From: Octopus vulgaris
Lineage: Eukaryota
DNA: 64,000 bases
Reading direction: 5' to 3'
Assembly: GCA_951406725.2 (NCBI GenBank)
Contig: OX597824.1
Location: 43,090,001 to 43,154,000, forward strand
Shown here: positions 40,630-54,223 of the stretch, piece by piece
How the letters are laid out: each line of letters begins with the position of its first letter
Numbering within the stretch: position 1 is the stretch's first letter
The notes under the pieces: model-generated
Databases searched by the model: none
What the model was told of the DNA's origin: nothing
Seen by the model: only the letters and a program-made list of their open reading frames with translations
Made by a program: the position numbers and the translations under genes

Positions 40630-41110
40630 ATATATATACATGCACATATGGATACAGGACATCGAAAAACGTCAACAAAAGGAGAAACGAGAACATAAAA
40701 AACAAAAACATAGAAAACGAACTTTTTTTTCGAACAACAAAAGAAACAATTAGAAGAACGAGACAGCAACATAAAGAACATTCCTTTCATCAGTTGTCCC
40801 CTGTTTTATCTACTCCGCGATTCGAAGTTAGGGACAAGACGCGACTTCGTTAGAACAACCCTTCCCGCAAAGGAAATTAAATAAAATTTGGGATTTTTTG
40901 CGACGGTTTAAAGTGGTAACAAAAAGAGAACAGTAAGAACTAAACAGTATAAACAGACGGTGAGGGCTGTTAAGCCATAATGAGGTGAAGTGGTGAACGC
41001 TGGAAAAACGAACTTCGAGATGAGACAAGCAAAAGCAAGTCTTGCCTTTAGGAAGGAAGTGGAAGAAAGCAAGATGGATAGCCGTTGGTCATGTGTGAGC
41101 AACGAGAGAT
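40630..41110 (-). mobile_element. Probable Penelope-like 3' end
   Basis: Minus ...TTSPHYGL(N) resembles the GIY-YIG terminal T..P.GLN. It is followed by a decayed CTAACGA-AG...CTT-CGAATCGCGGA (40812-40855) and a T-rich tail. Confidence 0.45.
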
Positions 41111-41487
41111 TCAAAGAAGAAGTGTGAGAAAGAGAGAGGGAACGGTGAAGTGTAGAGGAGAAGAATAGGGAAAGGGTGGGAGAGAAAACAGAAAGGAAGA
41201 AGAGCAACAGAGGGAGATACATAGAAAGACTAGAGAGGGATAGAGTGCGCATCGGAATTATAAAGACAAAAATCGCAAGCATAAATGCACACATCGACAC
41301 ACATACGCACATACATGTAAAAAATTTCTAAATTTTGGAACGTATGAAAGTCCTATGCCAGTTTAGTCAAATATAAATGAATTATCTCATTATTTACTTT
41401 TTCCTTTATTTTTCACATATTTCTTAGAAAAATATTAAAAGAATAAAGTAGCTTTTTCAGTTAATATTATTTTATCGACTGCTGTCG

Positions 41488-41605
<118 letters not shown>

Positions 41606-42099
41606 CTTACTAGAATTGTCAACCTAGCGTTATTTAGAAAATAATTAGTACCCATATCTTTGCAGCCAATTTAATTGACTAACCTATTTCATTCTTTTTT
41701 TTTTATAGTACTTCTATATTTTTGTGACTATGGATATTTTTTATATTTTTATTTTATTTTGTTGTATTAGCTACTGCTTCACTTTCAAGCTTAGTATTGA
41801 TTTATGGTCATTCCTCCCTTAAAGTAAATCATAAATGCTAACCGATGTGTACATGTATCGCCTGTGGATATATACTGGGTCACCCTGCTCTTTGCAGTAG
41901 AGCTGATGTTTTGGACTACCATGTATAGTTCTGAAACTAGTCTGTTAGTTTACTTCTGATAACACTTCTTTATGCAGGTGTACACACACACATATATATT
42001 GAAATGTATATTTTGTATACGTGCGAATGCTGATGTAATATCTATTACATAAGTAACAAGATTATGAAACGGCTGTGAACGAATAGAATAAACATCTAA

Positions 42100-42132
<33 letters not shown>

Positions 42133-42135
42133 CAA

Positions 42136-42442
42136 ATTTTTGACGAGGCCTAGGGATATATATATATATAAGTACCTCATTTTCAACTGCCTATCGCCTC
42201 AATACACTTGACTAATATAGGCTCAATGAGTTGATATTATCTGTATGTTGAAACAGCTGTAAGTGATTTTAATAATTTATATTCATGTTTTTTAATAACT
42301 GCTTGTATTCTTATCTTATATGCATTGAATATTATACTATATGTATGTTATTATGGTTGTCATTTTGATAAATAAATAAGTCAACATTTTAATGACCTAA
42401 AGTTGATGAACCAACTAATGTACTTCTCCATTTTCTTATTTG

Positions 42443-42443
<1 letters not shown>
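42136..42443 (+). mobile_element. PLE terminal-repeat relic related to 22722-23094
   Basis: TTGACGA-GGCC...~100 nt...GAAACAGCTGTAAG, plus the shared terminus TTCTCCATTTTCTTATTT. Confidence 0.65.
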
Positions 42444-42497
<54 letters not shown>

Positions 42498-42500
<3 letters not shown>

Positions 42501-43687
42501 GGGCTGGAAAAAATAATGGAAACGCCTAACATTACAGCATCATAATTTTGAAATATCTTTAAAACCGTCAAAAGTTCGTTTATTTTTATATTGTTTTTTT
42601 TTAATTATTTGTGTTGCTTAATGTGTTTTGCCAAAATTGCTGTTTCTTTTCAAATATCTTCAGAAAAAGATAATTAAAATTCATTAAAATGACAGATCTA
42701 TCGGACTTTCAAAGAGATCAAATTGTTGGTGTTTGTATGGCAGGCGCTAGCGTAACGAAAAAAGCCGAAATGCTTGCTGTATCAAGAAGTACTGTCTCGA
42801 AAGTTATGACAGCCTTTGAGAAAGAGGGAAAAACCTCCTCATCAAAACAAAACTCTGGAAGAAAACTAAAACTTTCAGATAGGGACCGTCGGATTCTTAC
42901 GCGAATTATTAGAAATGATCAGAAATGTACACCTCCCAAAATTACTGCAGAGCTTAATGACCACCTCGAGAACCCAGTCTCCACAAAAGCTGTTTGCCGG
43001 GAGCTGCACAAAGCCGGATTTCACGGGAGGGCTGCAATCAGAAAACCACTACTTTCAAAAACAAACGTTGCAAATCGTTTAGAGTGGAGTTAAAACCTAC
43101 AGGATTGGTCCCCAGAGCAGTGGAAGAATGTAATTTTTTCGGACGAGTCATCCATTACCTTATTTCCGACCACCGGCTGAGTGTACGTGTAGAGACAACC
43201 AAAAGAAACATTTGACCCAGACCGCCTTCTTCCAACTGTTAAGCATAGAGGGTGTTCAGTGATGATCTGGGGGATGGGGGCATATCTTGGAAATCCGCCG
43301 ACCCCATGGTTTCCCTTCATGGCAGAATTAATATCAAGACTATTTAAGCATGTTATCTGATGAAATTCATCCTATGATTGCGGAATTGTTTCCGGGGGAA
43401 AACGCAATCTTTCAGGATGATAATGCACCAATTAGCACAGCTAAAGTTGTTACTGAATGACACGAGGAACATTCTAGTAAAGCTGAACATCCTATATGGC
43501 CACCATTTATGGTGCATTTCAGAAACAACAAGTAAGAAGTCTATATCCTCCACCATCATCACTACAAGAACTGGAGACTGTTTTAGCTGAAGAATGGACA
43601 AAAATTCCTTTGGAAATTATTCAAACTTTGTACGAGTCCATACCTCGTAGAATTCAAGATGTAATTCCTGCCAAAGGTGGTCCTACA
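42498..43687 (+). mobile_element. Tc1-family transposon, same family as 24267-25416
   Basis: TA|(C>A)AGGGGCTGGAAAAAATAATGGAAAC TIR. ORF 42689-43093 MTDLSDFQRDQIVG..GRKLKLSDRDRR; downstream FSDES, QDDNAP, ESIPRRIQDVIPAKGGPT. Stops and frameshifts present. Confidence 0.95.
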
Positions 43688-44921
43688 CACATACATACAC
43701 ACAAACACACACACTCAAACCTTTGTTTGTATAGCAGATACATTGAAATTGTGGAGACCTTTCGCAGTAGCTATTTGGTAATGCGACAAATAATGTATCT
43801 AGAGAAAATCTGAATGATACGATATGTTTTGCCTATGACCAATGAAGTACATTCGAGAAATCCAGTTTGAACCTACGTGACTTTTACAGTCTTTCCCTAT
43901 CCGCACCTTTTTACTTACATCAAACACGAAATAAAATACCAATCCTTTCCACTAAAGACACAAAGCCTGAAATTTTGGAAAGGTTGGACTAATTGATTAT
44001 ATCAACCCCATTCTTCGACTGGTATTTATTTTATCGACCCGAAAGGATGAGAAGAAAAGTCAACCTGTTAAGGATTTTGTCCAGCATGTTAGCGATTCTG
44101 CCAAGCCGGGTTTATGATTTAGAGTAAAAGACAGCAATTTTGAGGGATCCCGGTTCTTTGACATCGAGCGGATCTAAACTCAGGATATAAAGGGAAACAA
44201 ATAAATGAATAAATTACAATGTTTCTCTTGATGCATTTAGGAAAACAATTGGTTCATCAGCTAGAATGTGTTGTCAGCAGTAAAAAAATGTACAAAGCAG
44301 AAATCTTTTATTCCATATTGTTATTCCATTTATCTGGCATCTGATTATCACCCTGGATCTTTCTTTATATATTTTCCTTGTTATCTTTAAAGCTGGATCT
44401 TCCTACTTGAGAAGTTTAATATCATGAAACAGAATGCCAGCGACCTTCCCTCCACCTCATTCAATAAAGACAACATCAAAATAATTTGTAACGACAAATA
44501 AATGCTTGTTCAATCAACTTGTCAGCATATCACATGTTTACCTAAGCATAACTATACATTCTCCGACCAGCTATTCTTCTGGAAGTGCTACGATTTTTCC
44601 CGCCCATAGCAACTGAAGCAACAATGACAACAGCAACAACAACGATGACCATCCCTAAAACTGAAAACGTTCGATGTGTTTGTCTTACATTTTCTGTCTT
44701 TCTTTGCTCTCGTTCTTTCTTTCTCTCCCTCTCTTTCTTTCTCTCTCTCTCTCACTCCACCTAACGAGTCATAATTGTTGATTTACATATAGCCTTTCGT
44801 CTGTGTTCGAAGTTACTTGTTTCATAAGTATGTTGTCTTATAAAAACACGTACATACGAATACTGTGCAAACATGTGTGTGTGTGTGTGTGTGTACACGT
44901 TGATATATGCATATGTATATA

Positions 44922-45107
44922 TATGATGAGATGCTAAAATGTTCCTGGCTTTGGGTAAAAGAAAATACAGAAGGATTAGCTATGATATTATTCAACATAT
45001 TCCCCTCTCAGGTTTGCACACTTATTACAGTGGTCCTTCAGTTTTTCTAAGCCCTGTAACAGAATTTGGGCATCCAGTCAGGCCTTCCCTTTCAGCACCC
45101 CATCGTA
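44922..45107 (-). mobile_element. Mariner MITE, family of 8571
   Basis: Reverse complement of the 8571 body with both decayed TIRs. Confidence 0.8.
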
Positions 45108-45223
45108 TATGTATATGTATACATATATGTGTATGCGTGTATGAATCAAGCTATACATACATACATACATACATACATACATACATACATACATACATAC
45201 ATACATACATACATACATACATA

Positions 45224-45356
45224 GTTACACCTCCGCTGAACTGTTGAAAAATCTGTAGTTACTCTATCCCGATTACAAGTTCAGGTTTATACCTGTAATT
45301 ATTGGGACACTGGGATATGTAGCACACCGCCTAAATACCAACCTTGAAAAATTAAA
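45224..45356 (+). mobile_element. RLE-type non-LTR fragment
   Basis: YPDYKFRFIPVIIGTLGYV resembles the IPVVIGALG motif. Confidence 0.55.
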
Positions 45357-45395
45357 AGGGTGGCTTATTGGCAATTAGAACCGGAAGGCAAAATG

Positions 45396-45512
45396 AATAG
45401 AGATCACAAAACTGACGAAGGGTGCTGACTAATACCGCTTCTGCTAAAATAAGAATTATTTTAGCATAAGCGATGCTAGTCAGCACCCTCCGTCACTTTT
45501 GTAAACTCTATT
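45396..45512. repeat. 117-bp hairpin palindrome
   Basis: TGACGAAGGGTGCTGACTA..CGCTT.TGCTAAAATAA-gaa-TTATTTTAGCA.AAGCG..TAGTCAGCACCCTCCGTCA. Confidence 0.92.
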
Positions 45513-45697
45513 ATATATATATATATATTGGTAAAAACGGTAAGATAACAAAAGAAAGACAGAGACCTCAATATTATGTAAATAGCGTTTTTTAGATGAC
45601 CAGATAACCGAATAGATGGTGTTGTGGATTTCCACCTCGGCATCCGAAACTCAGAGTTTTATCTTGGCTACCGAATAATTGTCCCATATTATTTTAC

Positions 45698-45741
<44 letters not shown>

Positions 45742-46199
45742 TGCTGGTTGGGACAACCTTTTTTAGTTATGCAACTATAATATACTACAAGTATATCAAA
45801 GGCTTAGAAGTCAATACTATGTCCTACCTGTGTTAGGAGTGCGATTCAATCACATTCAAAGGTTATCTCGACAGAATTTTCTAAAGAAAGTAGAGCTACC
45901 ACTGAAAGTTACGAAGTTTCGTATATGAATAGACGTCAATGTAGAGAATGCGATCGAAGCTAGAAAAACGGGTAATGGGTGCATATGTATATTTCATGAG
46001 TTGTTAAACCTTCTTCATCACCGCATCCAACTCATCATCACCCACGAACACATTACTTAAATAGCCAGCCATTCAAGCAATGTGTTTGTGGATGATTAAT
46101 ATATATGCACCAGTTGCCACCAGGAAATATAGCACCTGAAATATACATATAAATCTATTACCTAAATTTCTATCTTCGTTAGAAAAATTTGAAGACTTT

Positions 46200-46601
46200 C
46201 TCTCTTACTTGTTTCAATCATTTGACAGCGGCCATGCTGGAGCACCGCCTTTATTCGAGCAAATCGACCCCAGGTCTTATTCTTTGTAAGTCTAGTACTT
46301 ATTCTATAGGTCTCTTTTGCCGAACCGCTAAGTTACGGGGACGTAAACACACCAGCATCGGTTGTCAAGTGATGTTGGGGGGACAAACACAGACACACAA
46401 ACATATACACACACATATATATATATACATATACATATATACGATGGACTTCTTTTCAGTTTCTGTCTACCAAATCCACTCACAAGGATTTGGTCGGGCC
46501 GAGGCTATAGTAGAAGACACTTGCCCAAGGTGTCACACAGTGGGACTGAACCCAGAACCATGTGGTTCATAAGCAATCTACTTACCACACAGCCACTCCT
46601 G
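46200..46601 (-). mobile_element. SINE family A, near full length
   Basis: Collinear with 11235-11617. Confidence 0.92.
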
Positions 46602-46627
46602 AGGATGGTAATATGGGAGTATGTGAG

Positions 46628-46840
46628 AGCGGCGAGTGGGCAGAATTGTTAAGACATCGAGCAAAATGCTTAGCAGCATTTAGCCCGTCTTTATGTTCTG
46701 AGTTCAAAATCCGTGAAGGTCAATCTTACCTTTCATCCTTTTGAGGTTGATAAAATAAGTACCAGTTGAGCGCTGGGGTTGTGGTGGTGTGATGTAATTG
46801 ACTTACTCCATTTCCCGAAATTGCTGGCCTTGTGCCAAAA
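46628..46840 (+). mobile_element. SINE family B
   Basis: GGCGAGTGGGCAGAATTGTTAAG..GAGTTCAAAATCC..TTTCATCCTTTTGAGGTTGATAAAATAAGTACCAG. Confidence 0.8.
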
Positions 46841-46871
46841 CAACAACAAAAACAACAACAACAACAACAGC

Positions 46872-46932
<61 letters not shown>

Positions 46933-46979
46933 TAATAATACTAATAAAATAATAATAATAATAATAATAATACTAATAC

Positions 46980-47015
<36 letters not shown>

Positions 47016-47051
47016 CAACAACAACAACGACAATAATAACAATAATAATAA

Positions 47052-47230
47052 GTGGAGCACTTGCAAAAAACAGCACTGCTTGGATCTGCTCGAATACTCC
47101 GGATGGTGCTCGAAAAATAAGGGGTGTTACTTTAGTTCACTGGTAGTGAACAGCTGACTCCGTAGTATATCTCCAGCGTTAGAAGCTGTGCAAAGACAAT
47201 AAAATAATAATAATGATAATAATAATAATA
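47052..47230 (+). mobile_element. R4/Dong-like non-LTR 3' end within (TAA)n
   Basis: VEHLQKTALLGSARILRMVLEK*, a short UTR, and TAA repeats on both sides. Confidence 0.75.
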
Positions 47231-47249
47231 GCAACAACCACAAAAGAGA

Positions 47250-48140
47250 GTAAAAGAGTAAGGAAGACGAAAGAAAATAAGATGGAAAAGAAGCTGTGCA
47301 AGCAATTTGTGAGAAGCATGAGCAGAAATACCAACACCAATGGGAGGTGGCACTGAGTGAGGAAGAGTGACTTGCAGACAGAGACAAACGTGATTATCTG
47401 TACTGCACGGGAAGAAGTACTTAGAACAACTTACACCAAATAAATGAATTGATAATATAGCAGAAAGTAACAAGTGCAGGTTGTACATTGCCAAAGGTGC
47501 GAGTGTATGGCATATTGTGAATGAATGCATAAAGCTGGCCCCAGAGAAGAATGTGCAAGAAGACATGACAATGTCGCAAGAATGATTAATTGGGAGCTGA
47601 ATGGGAAGCATAAATTGGATAGAGCAAAGAGGAGGTAAGGCAAAACCTCAGAAGGCATAACTGAGAATGACACGATTAAGACACTGTGACATGTAATAAT
47701 CCAATGCGAACATGAAATTGAACATTGAAAGCCAGATAAAGGGGTTGTGTAAAGAGAAAAAATAAACCTCTTTAATCAGGGACATTGCATACCCTGGTGA
47801 TGACAGAGTTTCGGAAAGAGAAGAGAATCAACTGAGATATCATGATTTAAAGTGGAAAATAAAATAAAAAAAGATATGGTCATTAAAGAAGGTGAGTGTT
47901 ATACCCGTTGTCGTTAGAGCCTTGGGTACGAAGCCTTGAAACTGGATTGAAAAGATAGGAGAAAATTTGTAAACAGGGTATCTACAGAAAACGGCGTTGC
48001 TTGGAACTGTACGAATCCTTCGCAGATTTTTCGAAATCTGAATACCTTGGTCTGCTGATTGTGGGCAGCAGACAATTTGTTACTTTCGTCAGCGAAGCTC
48101 CTCTCTTAAACAATAACAATAATAGTAACAACAGCAACAA
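47250..48140 (+). mobile_element. R4/Dong-like (RLE) non-LTR retrotransposon C-terminal relic
   Basis: DLQTETNVIICTAREEVLRT; KCRLY..SVWHIVNEC (CCHC relic); RRHDNVAR; KPD..DIAYPGD; VIPVVVRALG; LQKTALLGTVRILRR. Confidence 0.88.
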
Positions 48141-48900
48141 CAATATTTTCTTTTCTAAGGACAAACTATGATATTTAGGGCAACGGAACCAATCGATTAT
48201 ATCGGAACCAATAATGGAACAATAAAGGAACCAATCGAGTATTTGACAAGCATTTCATTTGTCAACTTCGGATGGATGAATGGCAAAGCTGAGGGAAATT
48301 GAGATCGCGTTGCAAAGACCCTAAAAACTCGATAATGAAGACAAAAAAGACGATAATGATGAGAGTAATGATGATGATGATGAGGAGGAGGAGGAGGAGG
48401 AGAAGATATGGGAAGTGCTGAATTTGAATAGGTCCTATTATATTACTGGCGCTATATATTTTATTTTTATCTACTCCAGAGTGATTTTAATTTCCAGAAT
48501 AGAAAAGGACGAACGAGATAATTATATAACAGCAAAACAGTTTATCCGACTCTCTACAGTTTCTGCCAATACGTCACCTTTTAAACAACATCAACAAAAA
48601 TAATAGCAAATAAGATGAAAAAACACTTAAAAACATCAGCAATAACAACTAAAGCAATCATCGACAGGAGAACTAACAACAGCAGCAGCAGCATCAACAA
48701 CAGCAGCAGCAACTATGCCAATAGCTGCAACATTTGACAAGCAGCAACAACAACAGCAACTGCAGCAGCGGCAACAGCAGCAGCAGCAGTAGCTGGCAAA
48801 GCGATCAAACACCTCAGTGCTAATCAATAACGGTTAGAGTTAGAACAACAGTACCACAAACACCAACAACAACACGAACAATAGAGAGCCGTATATTATT

Positions 48901-48960
<60 letters not shown>

Positions 48961-49166
48961 CAGCAGCAGCAGCAGCAGCGGCAGCAGAAAAGAGTTGTTC
49001 GGTTAGTAATTTCAGTATCGGCAACAGCTGTAACAGGAACAATACCATCAAGAATAGTCTAAAACAGGAAACACAATAACAACAACATCGCTACAACGAC
49101 GACAACAATAACAACAATAACAACAAAAACAACGGCAGAAGCAGCAGCAGCAACAACAACAGCTAC

Positions 49167-49234
<68 letters not shown>

Positions 49235-49263
49235 TAATAATAATGATAATGATAATAATAATG

Positions 49264-49343
<80 letters not shown>

Positions 49344-49349
49344 AATAAT

Positions 49350-49465
49350 GGTTGTGATGCATGTGCCTGGTGTACCCTTATCAGACGGGTAGTCATGATG
49401 GGTATATTGGGCTTCGTATATTTTACCCCAGTGTCACTTTGATGGCATGTACTGCTCTCTCACTC

Positions 49466-49505
<40 letters not shown>
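49350..49505 (+). mobile_element. Probable 5'-truncated non-LTR 3' UTR inside a (TAA)n array
   Basis: ~120 bp of complex sequence flanked on both sides by TAA repeats. Confidence 0.4.
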
Positions 49506-49508
<3 letters not shown>

Positions 49509-49605
49509 TCAGTAGCAGAAACGGCAGAAACAGGATCAAACACTGCAACAAGAAATACTAAATAGAAAAACATCGAAGACGACGACTACGAAAGTATAAG
49601 ATGAC

Positions 49606-49648
<43 letters not shown>

Positions 49649-49801
49649 CTATGATGATTGTGATTGTAGTGATTCTTAAGTATAGGCACAAGCCTACAGA
49701 GTCTAGTCGATTCTGAAAAGCTGACACCGGTGAAATTAGACACAGATAGTAAAGGGACATAATTCAACAATCTAAGGCAACTTCTCCATAATAATGACCA
49801 T

Positions 49802-50178
49802 TATCCTTTCTACTAAAGGAACAAGGCCTCAAATTTGGGGGAAGGGCACTAGTCGATTACATCGACCCCAGTCTTTCACTGGTATTTAATTTATCGACCC
49901 TGGAAGGATGAAAGGCAAAGTCGACCCCGGCAGAATTTGAACTCAGAACTTGTACACGGACGAAATACCTATTTCTTTGCTACCCACAAGGGGCTAAACA
50001 AAGAGGGAACAAATAAAGACAGACACACGGATTAAGTCGATTACATCGATCCCCAGTGCGTAACTGGTACTTAATTTATCGACCCCGAAAGGATGAAAGG
50101 CAAAGTCGACCTCGGCAGACGATACACGGCTATGCATTTCGCCCGGTGTGCTAACGTTTCTGCCAGCTCGCCGCCTTA
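49802..50178 (-). mobile_element. Family-B SINE with a second family-B copy nested inside
   Basis: The core appears twice (49860-49930 and 50045-50115); the head resumes after the second copy; imperfect duplication GACGAAATAC/GACGATACAC. Confidence 0.85.
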
Positions 50179-50374
50179 GCAATAATAATAACAATAATAA
50201 TCTTTTAATCATTTAGTGTCTTGTTAAAATATGGATGACGGGGATTGTCCATAAAATAGAAGTAGTGAGTTCCGCGAGTTTTAGATTAAACTTTAGGGGT
50301 TTCGCGACAAAATACATCTCGAGTGCTAATACATTAAATCTAGAGTGCTAATACAATCGCTATCCAACAATATA

Positions 50375-50515
50375 TATTTCTTTACTACCCACAAAGGGCT
50401 AAACACAGAGAGGACAAACAAGGACAGACAAACGGATTAAGTCGATTACATCGACCCCAGTGCGTAACTGGTACTTAATTTATCGACCCCGAAAGGATGA
50501 AAGGCAAAGTCGACC
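50375..50515 (-). mobile_element. 5'-truncated family-B SINE with perfect TSD
   Basis: TCGCTATCCAACAATATA at 50357-50374 and 50516-50533. Confidence 0.9.
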
Positions 50516-50557
50516 TCGCTATCCAACAATATAACACGACACATCATGTCTTCTGCG

Positions 50558-50813
50558 GTTGATCCGATCAGCGAAACAGCCTGCTCGTGAAATTACCGTG
50601 AAATGGCTGAGCACTCTAGACACGAATACCTTTAATGTAGTTGTCAGGGAAATTCAACGTGACACAGAATGTGACAAGGCTGACCCTTTGAAATATAGCA
50701 ACTACTCAGTTTTGATAGCTGAGTGGACTGAAGCACTGTAAAATAAAGTGTCTTGCTCAAGGACACAACGACAGTGAGCCGAATACCCTAACCACTAAGT
50801 CATGCGCTTTCAC
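50558..50813 (-). mobile_element. SINE family C
   Basis: Matches 15461-15789 with an internal deletion. Confidence 0.85.
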
Positions 50814-51272
50814 TAACACAACAGATACACAACATACCCATACATAATTCACACCCGGAACTATGGTATATACCAGGCATCGACAATAGTTCACAGGAGT
50901 CATATTTTACATAAATTCCACCCTATAGCAAAACATAACCCCTACAACTTATATAGCATGGTACAAGGCCACCAATTTCGAAAGTGGGTCGGCGGTGGGG
51001 TAGTCGGTTAATTTGATTGAAGCATATAAATGATACTTTATATTACCGATCCCGGTAATATAAAATCGCGCTTAACGTGATTCAAATACAATCCATAGAG
51101 GGACATAACTCAATACTGCAAGGCATTTTCCCCCTGATGTTCTATCGATTTCTGCCAATGTACCGCCCTAACTCCTTTATGTGCACGAAATTCCCGATAT
51201 TTTGTAGGGAACAGGGACTGTAAATTGTAATGTCTAAAGTGCCTAATTTAAGTTGTTTCCAACTAGAGTCGG

Positions 51273-51590
51273 GTGAGGGTGCGTGGCTTAGTGGTTAGGG
51301 GTTCGGTTCATGATCGTAAGGTCGATTCCGGGTGGCACGTTGTGTCCTTGAGCATGACACTTTATTTCACCTTGCTCCACACCACTCAGCTGGCAAAAAT
51401 GAGTAGTACCTATATTTCGAAGGGTCAGCTTTGTCACATCTTGTGTCACGACCAGCCTCCATGAGAACTACGTTAAGTGTACATGTGTTTGTGGTGTGCT
51501 CAGCCACTTGCACATTAATTTCACGAGCAGATTGTTCCATTGATCGCAGCAACTGGAAACCTCGCCGACGAAGCCAACGGAGTGGCAGTT
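51273..51590 (+). mobile_element. SINE family C
   Basis: GCGTGGCTTAGTGGTTAGGG head; GTGTCCTTGAGCATGACACTT body. Confidence 0.88.
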
Positions 51591-51932
51591 AACTACAGTA
51601 GGAAACATCTTTATCAAGTAATAATTAATAAGTCCTAACCGAGATACGAAACCGTGCTGTAGTCCCTATTCAACCCACGCTAATATATTGTTATACAGCA
51701 CTCGCTAGTATAAAGAAATAACGTTATCATCAAAATAGAAGCAAACAGCTATAGCTATGACAGCAAAAATAGTATCCACAATAGTAACGGTACTTGATGT
51801 TGCGACAGCAGGAGTAACAACAGTAACAGCAGTAACAACAACTACAACGATGTTAATTACAGGAATAGCAACATCAGCAGATGTAACAATGAATAGTAAA
51901 ACAGCAGCAAAAAATAATAGGAATATATAATA

Positions 51933-52250
51933 AACAAGAACACTCAGAGAGCGCAAACCTCAGCCAAGGCAATACCAACGTGCTCTCAATGATTAGCCGG
52001 AGATGATTTTTAAAACGAGTGTATCTGAAATAAACTCGACTGCTCTCAAAAATTAAGTAAGAGAAACGGGAAAATAATTCAGAATCCTTGTCCGGTATCT
52101 GATCGATTCCCACAATCTAATCAGTTCGTGCCAGTAACGAGGTCAAACATACCTGAAAAATTTCATCCCAATTCATTCAGCTGTTCTTGGGATATCTTGT
52201 CCACGGACAAACAAACAAACAAACAAACGCGACTGAAAACAATACCTAAT
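51933..52250 (-). mobile_element. HINE/DINE-1-like non-autonomous Helentron
   Basis: Minus strand: (GTTT)n near the 5' end, TTGGCTGAGGT sub-terminal motif, and a 3' hairpin GCGCTCTCTGAGTGT followed by a T-rich end. Confidence 0.6.
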
Positions 52251-52300
52251 AATAAATAATCTATATATATATATATGTGTGTGTGTGTATATATATATGG

Positions 52301-52350
<50 letters not shown>

Positions 52351-52392
52351 ATTATGCATGTATGTGTATGTATATGTATATGTATGTATATG

Positions 52393-52467
<75 letters not shown>

Positions 52468-52769
52468 CAGAGGTGAAGACCGAAATCTTAATACTTCATT
52501 TACTGTATGTATAGACATATGTATATGTCTATGTATATATTTATTTATGTATGTATATTTATGTGTGTATATATATGTATATATATGTATGTAAATGTAA
52601 ATATGCGTATATATATATATATATGTATATGTATGTATATATATATATGTATATATATATAAAATATATATATGTGTAGATATATGTATATATGTGTATG
52701 TGTGGGTGTACATAAATATGTGTAGAAAGAAAATGTATATAAGTGTATATTTGCGTGCGTGTGTGTGTG

Positions 52770-52975
52770 TGTGTGTGTGTGTCTGTGTTGCACCACCAGC
52801 ATTGCTTGACAACTGATGTTGCCGTGTTTACATTGCCATAACTTAGCAGTTCGGCAAAATAGACCGATAGAATAAGCACCAAGCTTACAAAAATAAATCC
52901 TGTGGTCGATCTTCTCGACCAAAGGCGGTACTCCAGCATGGCCACAGTCACATGACTGAAACAAGTAAAACAATA
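52770..52975 (+). mobile_element. SINE family A, 3' half
   Basis: AACTTAGCAGTTCGGCAAAA...GGCGGTACTCCAGCATGGCC..TGACTGAAACAAGT. Confidence 0.85.
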
Positions 52976-53369
52976 AAAAAAAAAGCCCATGCCATTTTAA
53001 TCCCGAGCAAGGCTGGGTATCTCTGCTCGTAAATAATAAAGACAACGAAAACTTTGAATAATAACATCTGTAACAATCTCAAGATGATAACATCTGTAAC
53101 AATGTCAAGACATCTGTAACAGCAACGATAGACAGCAATAACAAAAACAACAACAACGTTATTAACTGTATTAACATCAAAGTAAATATCTAAAAAAAAC
53201 AAAAACAAAACAAAAATCATTTGTAGCTGTAGTAGATGTAGCAGCAACAGCAGCAGCAGTAGCAGCAGTAGCAGCAGCAGTAGCAGCAACAGCAGCCACA
53301 CCAACAATAGCAACAGTGAAACGTAGCAATAACATCGATAGGAAGTACAATAACAACAATTGATGATCA

Positions 53370-53408
<39 letters not shown>

Positions 53409-53608
53409 TCATTATCATAGTAATCGTCGTCGTCGTCGTCATTGTCATCATCATCATCATCATCATTATCAACATCGTCATCGTCGTCGCTACCGTGTCA
53501 ATATGATCAACAACATCAATGAAGGCAGCTGTAGCAACAGCAGCAGCAGCAGCAGTAGCCATATCAGTGGCAGTGGCAGCGGTAGCAGCAGTGAAAGCAG
53601 CAATAGCT

Positions 53609-53682
<74 letters not shown>

Positions 53683-54173
53683 GGTGGTGGTGGTGGTGGT
53701 GGTGGTGGTGGTTGTAGCAACAATAATAAGTATTATAGCATGGTAATTGTGATCTTCACCCCACCACCATCGCCAGTATCGTTAGTATTACTCCCCCCCC
53801 CCCACCAACATCATCAACATCATCATCAACATCTCAATCATCATCATAACCAGCAGCAGCAACAACAGCAGCAGTAGCAGCAGCCGTAACGGCTGAAAAC
53901 AGACGCAGCCGCAACAATACGGAAGTAATTACAATAGCAGCAGCAGCATCAATATCCACATCAGCATCATCACCGTCAGCATCATCAAGATCAAGATCAG
54001 CATCATCACCAGCAGCTGCAACATCAGCAACAGTGGCAGCAGTAGCAACTAAGGGCAACAATATCAACATTCTCATCACCAACGTCATTCTTCTCCTCTT
54101 CCTCCTACTTCTCCTCCTCCTCCTCCTCCTCCTTTTCTACACCATCACTATCATCATCATCATCATCATCGTT

Positions 54174-54223
<50 letters not shown>

